Positions 1-8,364 of a stretch of 64,000 nucleotides of DNA are shown here, one piece after another (the first letter of the stretch is position 1; each line of letters opens with the position of its first letter). Location: NCBI GenBank assembly GCA_002505775.1, contig DAVY01000006.1:9318-73317 (forward strand), in the 5' to 3' direction. The DNA comes from Euryarchaeota archaeon UBA130 (lineage in GTDB: Archaea; Thermoplasmatota; Poseidoniia; Poseidoniales; Thalassarchaeaceae). A model generated the notes under the pieces. That model was not told the DNA's origin. It searched no databases and saw only the letters and a list, made by a program, of their open reading frames with translations. A program made the translations under genes and the position numbers.

Positions 1-1401
1 ATCAACTGTATAACTTTGCCCGGAATCGAGGTAAATGCTTTCTGAAATGCAACCATCAGTCCTCCAAAGTTCTGATCCTGCAGAGTCAGTGAGCACGAGG
101 CTTTGACTATGTGTCCCTGCTGATCTTACCGACGTTCTGAATAGGCAACCTATGTCAGTTGGTACTTCTGATACTCCCAAGTCCTCTACCTCAAAGGTGA
201 AACTACTGCTGTAAACCAACTCAGATCCATCTTCCAAACCAAAGAAAGAAGCCCTATCCTCTGCGGAGTTTCTTCCAGTTTCGCTGTCCGCATGCCCATT
301 GTCCCCATTGAAATCAATAATTTTGAATTTTGTTGGTTGGTATATTCCCCATTTGGACCAATGTGTGGCGGCTATGACACACCAATCAGCTACATCCTCT
401 CCTTCGGCTAAGCTATTCCAAGCAGCCAATCCCTGACTCTCTTCATATGGTATGCACTCATCTTCCCATTGGTCCCAGACATTTCCTTCTTCAACGTGAA
501 CGAGAGTGTCTGATGGTTGAGCTCTGAGGGCATCTAAATCTTCCATATCGTCCATCGCCCCTAGTCCTCCATAGTCCCAGAATCCATTTTCATAGACAGG
601 CCAAGTTACTACTGAAATCAGAACTGCAGCAATTAGGGAACCAACCGCTACTTGTCTTCCTATGCGGGGAGTCACTCTGGATCCAACAGAGTTTAGTAGG
701 AACTTCCTAGTTGGGAAGTAAATTATGGCGAATAAGAAAATTCCAGTAAGTATCCAAGGTACGGCGTTGAAAACTTCTGCAGTCCAAGGGGCCTGTCGGC
801 CACACATCAATTCTGAATGTGATCCCGTGAAGCAGTAATCACTACGGTCCTTGGCGTACAAGTCTAGGAATATGTTGATTGAGAACACCGAGATGAACCA
901 AACATGTGCGAGGTAGACTGCACCAGCGGTAGCGAACCAGGGGTCCTCAACCCCTCTCTTCTCTCTACCGGGGAGAAATGGTGGCAATGCCAAGATTCCA
1001 ACTGGGAGCCCGGTAATTGCAGCGCCCCACCATGCAGCATTCCAGTCTATCACCGGAGCTCCTAGGAATTCACCAATAGGGCCGGCAGGAATGACGAACT
1101 GAGGGAGATACTCCCCCCATCTGAGATATCCATATGAGAAAAGAACATACCAGTCCGGGAATACGAATCCAGCTTGAGCGAATGGATCTGCGGCACTATG
1201 CAAAGGAGGTGGAATGAGCCATGAATAGAATGCTATTGTCATCACAATGGATGCGAAAATAATGGTATCCCTGAGTACTTCTGTGGGCCAGAAAGGATGT
1301 CCTGTGAAAGTCCTCCTCCTCTCTTTATCAGCTTCAAGGAGCTTATCTCTCTCGCTGATGTATGTGTCAGCGATTCTACCAAATCTCTCCATCATCCCCA
1401 T
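1..1401 (-). CDS. petD: Cytochrome b6f subunit IV-like (cytochrome b C-terminal part) with long C-terminal extension; 3' end runs off the window
   Basis: Not in ORF track. Manual translation from ATG at 1401: MGMMERFGRIADTY...GHPFWPTEVLRD...ADPFAQAGFVFPDWYVLFSYGYLR (PF-W-P and PDWY Qo motif); no stop in the segments I translated towards position 1; directly follows cytochrome b6. Confidence 0.85.
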   Translation of the reverse strand, partial: MGMMERFGRIADTYISERDKLLEADKERRRTFTGHPFWPTEVLRDTIIFASIVMTIAFYSWLIPPPLHSAADPFAQAGFVFPDWYVLFSYGYLRWGEYLPQFVIPAGPIGEFLGAPVIDWNAAWWGAAITGLPVGILALPPFLPGREKRGVEDPWFATAGAVYLAHVWFISVFSINIFLDLYAKDRSDYCFTGSHSELMCGRQAPWTAEVFNAVPWILTGIFLFAIIYFPTRKFLLNSVGSRVTPRIGRQVAVGSLIAAVLISVVTWPVYENGFWDYGGLGAMDDMEDLDALRAQPSDTLVHVEEGNVWDQWEDECIPYEESQGLAAWNSLAEGEDVADWCVIAATHWSKWGIYQPTKFKIIDFNGDNGHADSETGRNSAEDRASFFGLEDGSELVYSSSFTFEVEDLGVSEVPTDIGCLFRTSVRSAGTHSQSLVLTDSAGSELWRTDGCISESIYLDSGQSYTVD

Positions 1402-1411
1402 AATATCAACC

Positions 1412-2287
1412 TCAGTGTGGCTCCGCAATTCCTTGTGCCCAAACTATGAACAAGTGAGCAAGAATTAGAGTTGTGACTACAACAGGTAGGATGAAAACAT
1501 GAAGGAAATACATTCTTGTTACTGTTTGGCCGGTCACGGTAGTACCAGCAAACATGGCTGTGGCGACCCATCCTCCGATCAGTGGAGTAGAGTTGGCCAT
1601 GTTAATTCCGATAGTAGCCGCGCCAAACGCCAGACTGTCCCATGGCAGCAGATATCCTGAGTAGCCAAAGAATATTGTGAAGAACATCAAGGCAACACCA
1701 ATTAGCCAATTAAGCTCACGAGGATTTCTGTAGGCCCCGGTAAAGTATACCCTGCACATGTGCAAGAAAACGGCGGCGACCATGAAATGTGTGGTCCAAT
1801 GGTGGATGGATCTAATGATGTAACCGAATGGGAGTTGGGTCATGATGAATTCCATACTACTGTAGGCGGGAGTCGGATCCCCCTCCCCACCTGGGACATA
1901 GTACAGTCCGAGGACAGTGCCAGTAATCACGAGAATTACAAACGCGAGGAAAGAAATTCCTCCGAGGCAGTACAGAGGGTACCAGTACCATATTATTCTG
2001 AGCTTGTATTTCTCAGCATGTGTCATCGGCATCTGTCTGTGCATGCCGTAGTATGCATCTCTACTCATCCCCCAGTAGTCTTGAATTCTGAACCTAGTAT
2101 CCAACCAAGAGAAGGCCCAGAGGAAGGTCTTCTCGGCCAGCCCCATACTACTTGCACTTGTTTCCACCGCTCGGAGGATATCTTTTCTCGGCATTTCTTC
2201 CCTTTCCTTTCTGAGAGTGAGAGCCACTATTACAACAACCAAAGTGATGAAAACCCAAAGGAACCAAAATTGAATCATCTTACTCAC
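1412..2287 (-). CDS. petB: Cytochrome b6-like (N-terminal half of split cytochrome b)
   Basis: YCLGG, IRSIHHW...FLHMCRVYFTGAYRNPRELNW, GYLLPWD, FLHVFILP...AHLF, C-terminal QGIAEPH; four heme b His ligands. Confidence 0.95.
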   Translation of the reverse strand: MSKMIQFWFLWVFITLVVVIVALTLRKEREEMPRKDILRAVETSASSMGLAEKTFLWAFSWLDTRFRIQDYWGMSRDAYYGMHRQMPMTHAEKYKLRIIWYWYPLYCLGGISFLAFVILVITGTVLGLYYVPGGEGDPTPAYSSMEFIMTQLPFGYIIRSIHHWTTHFMVAAVFLHMCRVYFTGAYRNPRELNWLIGVALMFFTIFFGYSGYLLPWDSLAFGAATIGINMANSTPLIGGWVATAMFAGTTVTGQTVTRMYFLHVFILPVVVTTLILAHLFIVWAQGIAEPH

Positions 2288-2288
2288 C

Positions 2289-3143
2289 TCAGTCGCAGTA
2301 TGTGTACCAATCCTTGAAATCAGGCAATGCCTCTATCAAATCTCCGTTAAGTACGAAGGGTATCAGTGGCATCCCCATTGGTGCCGGGCCCCCGGCCCTC
2401 TTAATACCAATGAAATCAAACTCTGCCCCACTAGATCTGTTTCGTGCCCTATTTTTTTCAATTACAGTCGGGTCGAATCTAGATGAATGGCAGATGCAGA
2501 ATAATTTATTTCCGCCAGAGTCGGTGCCATTTGGAACCCACTGATCTTCGGTAAACTCGTTCGTTACTAGTTGCCACCCAGGAATGCAACAGAGATGCGT
2601 GCATCTGGAGAAAATGAGGATTAAATTATCATGAATTGACAGTGCCTCATATTGAGGGTCCTCATCAAGCTCATATCCCGAGCCGACATATTTCCCATCC
2701 ACCGTGTAACCGTCCATAAACTGGAATCTGGGTTTATCTTGAATGAGGTCAGAACCCTTGTTTTCTTCGTGAGGAACGTAAACAGCATTCACAGGCATTC
2801 CCGACCACACCCCTTGAGCGGCTGACATACCCGTTGAGGAACTTGATGCCGCATCAACAAACGATTGATATGTCATAGGCTCCAAGTGCTTGTCTCCATA
2901 CCAGACTGAATCCTCAGCCCCCGTTGGGACCCAATATCTGACAGCAGTGTCCCCTCCTGAGGTATCTGATTGGCCCATAAGGAGTGCAGCAAAACCTACG
3001 CTGGTTAGGCCTGCCATGGTAATTACTCCTGCCGCTGTATTGAAGGAATGTCTCATAAATTGCCTCCTGTCAATCATGTGCGCGTCCGAATCGTTACCTT
3101 CGTCACCTTCCGAAGTATCCCTGAGAGTGAATTTCCTTGCCAT
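2289..3143 (-). CDS. petC: Rieske 2Fe-2S protein with Tat signal
   Basis: DRRQFM twin-arginine motif plus hydrophobic helix; CTHLCC and CICHSSRFD boxes; GPAP motif. Confidence 0.95.
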   Translation of the reverse strand: MARKFTLRDTSEGDEGNDSDAHMIDRRQFMRHSFNTAAGVITMAGLTSVGFAALLMGQSDTSGGDTAVRYWVPTGAEDSVWYGDKHLEPMTYQSFVDAASSSSTGMSAAQGVWSGMPVNAVYVPHEENKGSDLIQDKPRFQFMDGYTVDGKYVGSGYELDEDPQYEALSIHDNLILIFSRCTHLCCIPGWQLVTNEFTEDQWVPNGTDSGGNKLFCICHSSRFDPTVIEKNRARNRSSGAEFDFIGIKRAGGPAPMGMPLIPFVLNGDLIEALPDFKDWYTYCD

Positions 3144-3146
3144 GTT

Positions 3147-3596
3147 CTAGACCTCATATTTTTTCCAGGATTCGGGATCCTTCGCTGTGATGTATTTGTT
3201 TCTCCTGCTCTTAACTATCACTATGTCCGGCATTACATACTTCATGTATATCATACCCAAGATGATCACCGTCAGGAGAAGCATCCCTAGGAAGAAAGAA
3301 AGCATCTGCTGGTCCCATTTGTTGTAAAGCCCGTATGATAGTGATCCAGCCCAGTATAGTGACCACACTATTCCCCATAGGCCAACTAGGATGATTAGCC
3401 ATGAGTCCCCTGACGGAGATACGCTGGCCCTTACTATAGAGCCAGCTGGAGCCTCGTTAAACACACCATGTTCTATTGCCGACTCATACGCTTCTTCGGA
3501 TAACGATATGCCGTCCAAGGCATCTCTAGCGTCTTCTACACTTACCTCTCCAGAAGCTACTTGCCTCAGCATCTTCATGACCACATCGTCTTTCAT
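3147..3596 (-). CDS. Small membrane protein (2 TM) inside the Rieske/cytochrome b operon
   Basis: Stop/start coupling with neighbours; two hydrophobic segments; short helical N-terminus (MLRQVASGEVSVEDA). Confidence 0.7.
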   Translation of the reverse strand: MKDDVVMKMLRQVASGEVSVEDARDALDGISLSEEAYESAIEHGVFNEAPAGSIVRASVSPSGDSWLIILVGLWGIVWSLYWAGSLSYGLYNKWDQQMLSFFLGMLLLTVIILGMIYMKYVMPDIVIVKSRRNKYITAKDPESWKKYEV

Positions 3597-4405
3597 TACT
3601 GATCACCCCTTCTCTGATGCTTTATCCTCAACCTCAGCAAGTTACTCCTTCCCTCATAATGCCTAGAAAAACCGTATCTCAACATAAGGCCGCAGAAAAT
3701 AATCACAATCACAACTGCCGCGAATCCAAGCAGGCCTAGCCAATGAGCCCTCATTCCAGCTCCCATGTGATGTAAGTCTACGCCTTCTTCGACAGGGGCA
3801 GGGGGCTCTATATCCCCATTTCCGACGAAGACCGTGCGGACTCCGCCAAATTCGCCTTCATCCATGGAAGCGCTGAGACGGTTCCACCTATCGAGTTGTG
3901 AAGGAATACCATCCCCATTCACGGAATTTCCAGCTAGCCATATGGTCACCACACCCGTTCCCTCTGGGGGGGCCGTCCATATGATGTACCACATTCTGTC
4001 TGGGGCCTTGGATCCAGAGTTACTATGTGTTAGAGATGTAACTTCATCTTCCCAATTGTAAACTAAAGCTTCAGATCCCGCTGAGCCAGCTAGGGAGCCA
4101 CTACTAACTCGCATCGAGAATCCACCGGTATGTGATGCGGTATCTGCAGGAGGGCCTCCGATAATCTGAATAACCATCTCGTATGACTCGCCCGGCTCAT
4201 ATCTGTAAGGAACATCGGTCAGGATTAGAGTCACGGAATTATCTGGCTCATCAGCATGGCATGTGCATCCTGCTAGAGCGACATCGCCCTCGTTGTTTGC
4301 ATCCCCTCCTATTCCGGTTGGATTGGCCTGAGAGCCTCCAGCGGCAAGTACAGCGACTATGCTGATAGCCAGCATCTTCCTCACTGTGAGCACACTAGAC
4401 GCCAT
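3596..4405 (-). CDS. Secreted, C-terminally anchored Reeler/choice-of-anchor-V-like protein with CxCH motif (candidate c-type cytochrome)
   Basis: Signal peptide ending GSQA, GCTCH, WTAP and WLAGNSVNGDG motifs, C-terminal TM helix; start likely ATG 4405 (alternatives 4375, 4432). Confidence 0.75.
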   Translation of the reverse strand: MASSVLTVRKMLAISIVAVLAAGGSQANPTGIGGDANNEGDVALAGCTCHADEPDNSVTLILTDVPYRYEPGESYEMVIQIIGGPPADTASHTGGFSMRVSSGSLAGSAGSEALVYNWEDEVTSLTHSNSGSKAPDRMWYIIWTAPPEGTGVVTIWLAGNSVNGDGIPSQLDRWNRLSASMDEGEFGGVRTVFVGNGDIEPPAPVEEGVDLHHMGAGMRAHWLGLLGFAAVVIVIIFCGLMLRYGFSRHYEGRSNLLRLRIKHQRRGDQ

Positions 4406-4549
4406 AGGCAACACCCTTGTTGAACATGCCACCTGAAAGGGGGCTATTAACGTTGCATTGTCGGACTGTCAAACCGAACCCCGAAACATCCCAATTTGTA
4501 ACTTCCATGGTCACGCCAAACTAATAGGCTGAAGCCTCAAGGCAAACTC

Positions 4550-4855
4550 ATGTCAGGGCCAGTTTGGAGGAATGTATACAGTCTGACGGACAATCAAATT
4601 TCCATGCTTGACATGGCCGAAGACAACATGGAAATGATGAAGCTTGGACTGGCTGAAAGGATACTAATAGACATGCTTGAAGATGATCCAAAGTGTATCC
4701 CAGTTCTGAATGTCATGGCACACTTTCAAGGAAGATATATTTCCGATTTCGAGAAAGCAGTGGAATACTATGACAGAGTCCTGGAACTGGAACCAGATAA
4801 TGCATGGGCTAGGGATGAGAGGAGACGTTACCTCAGATATTCGACCTATGATTAA
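4550..4855 (+). CDS. Small TPR protein
   Basis: FEKAVEYYDRVLELEPDNAWA is a typical TPR. Confidence 0.8.
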   Translation: MSGPVWRNVYSLTDNQISMLDMAEDNMEMMKLGLAERILIDMLEDDPKCIPVLNVMAHFQGRYISDFEKAVEYYDRVLELEPDNAWARDERRRYLRYSTYD

Positions 4856-5795
4856 GCAATTCTATACGCCTGCCCCATACTCGAAGCTCGTGCAGGATGG
4901 CGAGGTCCTTGTTGTGGGAGTGGGAGGCATAGGTTGTCTGTGGGCAGTAGAGGCACACTCAGGATGCCCAAATTTAGCAGAATTGTTGTTAATTGATGCT
5001 GATGAATCTTCCTTTGAAGGTGCTAGCGATGCAAATTGCCTATTCTTAGATTCGGGAGGCGAGGGACGTGGAGCTGCTGCACTTCCTTCAATGGCGATTC
5101 ACAGGCTCAGGGATGGCATGGAATCAATCTCCGATCTTCTCGATAGGGCAGAGGTCATGATTTTGATGACCGGTTTAGGTGGGGGGATGGGGTCAGGAGC
5201 CTCAGGAGAGCTGGCCAGGATGGCTAAACAATTTGGCTGTTTGGTGCTTTCAGTAGCCGGACTCCCCTTCGCAGAGCAACCACTCAGATGTTCGATTGCG
5301 GAAGAAGCACTGCCTTCGTTGGAGGCAAACTCTGATGTGTGCATCAGGGTGAGCATGGAGCGTCTAGCTTGGCAATCGAGGAGAAGAAAGACCAACTGGA
5401 TGATAGGATCAGGATGGATAGGGGAGCTTGTCGAGGGATTAGTAACTACACTTGCCAGTGTGGGAAGGATCAACCTCGATCTAATGGATATGAAGGCAAT
5501 AATCAATAAAAAAGGAAATGCTACTCTGATTGTGGGGACCGGCTCATCTGAAAATCCCAGCTCTGTAGTCGAAATGGCCAGAAACTCCCCCTTGAATGAC
5601 GTCACCATTGAGGGTGCAAAGGGGTGTATGATTCAGGTTGAAGGCGGGCCTGATATGACTCTCTCCCATCTCACGGAATTGACAGATACATTCGTATCCC
5701 AGATGGATCCTGATTGCCAAGTCATCATGGGAGCTAGGGTAAGCGACGAAATGATTGGAAAACTCAGGCTTGTGGCTGTAGTGAGCGGCATTTAG
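4848..5795 (+). CDS. ftsZ: Divergent FtsZ/tubulin-family GTPase
   Basis: VVGVGGIG, GLGGGMGSG tubulin signature, LPFAE, INLDLMD T7-like loop, C-terminal LVAVVSGI; start reassigned to ATG 4848, overlapping the TPR stop. Confidence 0.85.
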   Translation: MIKQFYTPAPYSKLVQDGEVLVVGVGGIGCLWAVEAHSGCPNLAELLLIDADESSFEGASDANCLFLDSGGEGRGAAALPSMAIHRLRDGMESISDLLDRAEVMILMTGLGGGMGSGASGELARMAKQFGCLVLSVAGLPFAEQPLRCSIAEEALPSLEANSDVCIRVSMERLAWQSRRRKTNWMIGSGWIGELVEGLVTTLASVGRINLDLMDMKAIINKKGNATLIVGTGSSENPSSVVEMARNSPLNDVTIEGAKGCMIQVEGGPDMTLSHLTELTDTFVSQMDPDCQVIMGARVSDEMIGKLRLVAVVSGI

Positions 5796-5830
5796 ATTCG
5801 ATTAATTAACTCACTTGTACTCCCAAGGCC

Positions 5831-6121
5831 ATGGCAAAGCTAAGCAAGGCCAAAAGGGGGAAAAACAGGTGGATAGGAATCATTGTCACAAATCCCTCCA
5901 TTACTCGGTCTGAAATGGGGAATTTATTGGAATTAGGTTTGCAGGGGATAAGCTGGAAGCTATTCGATTTTCACCAGCATGGAAATCAGAAAATAGCCAT
6001 AATCAGGACTATGTTGGAAGATACATCGGAAGCTCGTGACAGGGTCAATTCAATTGAAGGGCTATCGACCACTACCACCTCAGGTAAAATTAGGTTGGTA
6101 AGAGAAAGACTCAGTCGGTAA
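5831..6121 (+). CDS. RNase P protein Pop5/Rpp14-like
   Basis: KNRWIGI N-terminal strand and TTSGKIRLVRE C-terminal motif; size and basic character fit. Confidence 0.7.
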   Translation: MAKLSKAKRGKNRWIGIIVTNPSITRSEMGNLLELGLQGISWKLFDFHQHGNQKIAIIRTMLEDTSEARDRVNSIEGLSTTTTSGKIRLVRERLSR

Positions 6122-7469
6122 CGACGTTATTGCCAAACCCCCACACTAGGCCGTCGGTGGTCGAAAGAGCCTTCCTTTTACCTCTGTCAACAATGTGTAG
6201 AAACCCATCAGTGTCAATGCCCACGACTCTGACCTCCTTTCCCTTGTATCCTACCCTTTGTCCCCTTGAGAGCAATCTAGAAAGTGCCTTCCATGAATCG
6301 ATTTGCAGTGACAAGGGGCTGTTATCAGGGATCCTGTCATCTTTCTCAATTATCGAAGAAACCATAGAATCCACGCAATCAAATATGAAGTCCCTTGGAA
6401 GTTCACCCAGAGTGTCCCTCCAACCCGGGCAAAATTCCCCCTCAACTGTTCTACTGGTTGAATTGATTCCGATCCCCAATCTAAAACCTCTATCCGAGCT
6501 ATTAGCCTCGATTAGAATGCCACCAATTTTCTTTCCTGTAGCAGAAACAAGATCATTGGGCCACTTCAAGTCGCAATTAATCAAGCTAGAAACTGAGGCC
6601 CCTACGGATATCTGAAGTAACCCAGGAGAAGGGAGCTCTGAGATTTCTCTATTTATCCTCCATGAGGCAATTAAATCCCCCTCCTTAGATTCCCATATGG
6701 ATCCTCTCCTGCCCCTTCCCATTACTTGATTGTCTGTGACAATTCTCTGCCAACCTTCTGCAGGAAGGTCAACGGAATAGTCCATCGTGGATTCACAAGA
6801 GTTGACCTTGACTGCGGGTATCCCAAAGCCCGTTTTCCAAAGGCAAAAGACCCCTAGTTTTTCATCCCCCATCCTGAGTGAATCCATAATTCTGCAAGAC
6901 CAACCAGAGTTGGACCAGTCTGAAGGCGTGCTGGGGCTGTCAGGCTCGATCCTGAAGAGCGCAACTACGACTATATTCTCGCTCCCATGATTGTTTAGGT
7001 ATTCCAAGAGCTCGAAAGACCAACCCTTGCCACCTATGTCACTCATGGAAGCCTCCTCTATTGGTTCTAGCAAAGGCTCTCCTTCTTCCGGCGGGGATAG
7101 GTAGGGCAAGTTCCAGACTACCAGCTCAACATCATCAGGTATGCGCCATCCACTTTCCCCCAGCCCCCCTTCGTCTATCACAACAGAACCCGAATATCCT
7201 AGCTTCTCGATATTCGCCCGTGAGCAAGCCACCGCATAGGGATTTATGTCATAACCATGGACATTCCAACCCATTTCAGATAATGCCATTGACACAACCC
7301 CAGATCCACAACCTATCTCGACAGCCTTCCTCCCCCTGCCCTTTATTTTAGACAAGGTTCTGCAGATTAATTCAGTATCCTCTCTCGGTGGATACACACT
7401 CGGTGCTAGGTCGACGTCCCATGGCCCGAATCTTCCCGAACTGAAGCTGATAGTTTTGACCCCTCTCAT
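6111..7469 (-). CDS. Fusion of HemK/N6AMT1-like SAM methyltransferase and biotin-protein ligase
   Basis: N-half VYPPREDT, EIGCGSG, WNLPY; C-half ESTMD, QVMGRGRRGSIW, LKWPND, KKIGGILIE, LGIGIN. Confidence 0.85.
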   Translation of the reverse strand: MRGVKTISFSSGRFGPWDVDLAPSVYPPREDTELICRTLSKIKGRGRKAVEIGCGSGVVSMALSEMGWNVHGYDINPYAVACSRANIEKLGYSGSVVIDEGGLGESGWRIPDDVELVVWNLPYLSPPEEGEPLLEPIEEASMSDIGGKGWSFELLEYLNNHGSENIVVVALFRIEPDSPSTPSDWSNSGWSCRIMDSLRMGDEKLGVFCLWKTGFGIPAVKVNSCESTMDYSVDLPAEGWQRIVTDNQVMGRGRRGSIWESKEGDLIASWRINREISELPSPGLLQISVGASVSSLINCDLKWPNDLVSATGKKIGGILIEANSSDRGFRLGIGINSTSRTVEGEFCPGWRDTLGELPRDFIFDCVDSMVSSIIEKDDRIPDNSPLSLQIDSWKALSRLLSRGQRVGYKGKEVRVVGIDTDGFLHIVDRGKRKALSTTDGLVWGFGNNVVTD

Positions 7470-7639
7470 CAGAATTTCCTACCAACATCGATTTTTTGTC
7501 AGCAAACCTTATTTGTGCCCCACCTAAATTAGGTTTGCTTCCGGTAGTTCGGGAGGCCAACAGCCCCAGTGCCAGCCATGCATTTTCCGGTATATTCAAA
7601 AATGCCCCTACGGTCCAAGGATAGCCCAGCATCAGCCAT

Positions 7640-7713
7640 GGGCCTGTAGCTTAGTCAGGTAGAGCACCGGGCTTTTAACCCGGTGGCCGGGGGTTCGAAT
7701 CCCCCCGGGCCCG
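7640..7713 (+). tRNA. tRNA-Lys(TTT)
   Basis: GGGCCTG/CGGGCCC acceptor stem, CCGGG-CTTTTAA-CCCGG anticodon arm, GGGGG-TTCGAAT-CCCCC T arm; CCA not encoded. Confidence 0.97.
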
Positions 7714-7765
7714 CCTGTTCAGCTACGGGACCATGGTTGAGAAAGGGCTGTGGGGAGTGTGGAAA

Positions 7766-8353
7766 ATGGCGGTAAAAAGCTCAACAAAGAAGAGGCTCAT
7801 CGAACTAGGCGTTACAGAAGAACATGCCCACAAACTTGCGGATGACGCAAATATGGATGCTATTAAGCGAATGACCGTTGAAGAAGTAGCCAAGAAGGTC
7901 GGCTTAGAGTCAGGGGCATCTGAGCTAGAAAATATCATGGGAATTATTAGGGAGCAGGCAGCCTCCAGGAGAAGGAGTAGGTCTGGAAGGATAACAATAT
8001 CCAGAACGGCCCTTTTGGATGAAGATATTCCAATTGGAGAGGACAGGTTCAATGTACTGAATCACCAACTTGTTCCACACCATTCTCTAGTTCCCGAAGA
8101 GGACGAAGCATCTGAACTCTCTCCTTGGGGACTAATGGAAAAGGGCGACAATGGAGAAGACAGACTGGCAAAGGAGCTACTGCCAAAGATTCTGATAACC
8201 GATCCTTCCGTCCAAGCATTGAAGGAAATGGAGGAGGCAGATAGAGCCGACCTTCCTGCTGGATGGCTAAAAAATAGAGTTGTAAAGATTTTCAGATACA
8301 GCAGATCTGCTGGAGCGAGTACAGCCTACAGGCTAATAGTGGAGAGTAACTGA
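7766..8353 (+). CDS. rpoH: RNA polymerase subunit Rpo5 (H) with N-terminal extension
   Basis: NHQLVPHH, LPKILITDP, VVKIFRYSRSAG..AYRLIV; first gene of the RNAP operon; start likely ATG 7766. Confidence 0.93.
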   Translation: MAVKSSTKKRLIELGVTEEHAHKLADDANMDAIKRMTVEEVAKKVGLESGASELENIMGIIREQAASRRRSRSGRITISRTALLDEDIPIGEDRFNVLNHQLVPHHSLVPEEDEASELSPWGLMEKGDNGEDRLAKELLPKILITDPSVQALKEMEEADRADLPAGWLKNRVVKIFRYSRSAGASTAYRLIVESN

Positions 8354-8364
8354 GGGGGAATATT

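Noticed and set aside
4710-4847. Long N-terminal extensions in the ORF track (ftsZ-like, also 20897, 28020, 36096)
   Set aside because: They overlap neighbouring genes; downstream ATGs match family N-termini.
7501-7539. BirA biotin operator upstream of the biotin ligase fusion
   Set aside because: The AAACC...GGTTT half-sites are about 23 nt apart rather than 14-16, and the ligase lacks a DNA-binding wHTH.
7372-7632. 86-aa ORF upstream of the fusion gene
   Set aside because: Overlaps the fusion gene and divergent promoter region; no recognisable protein features.
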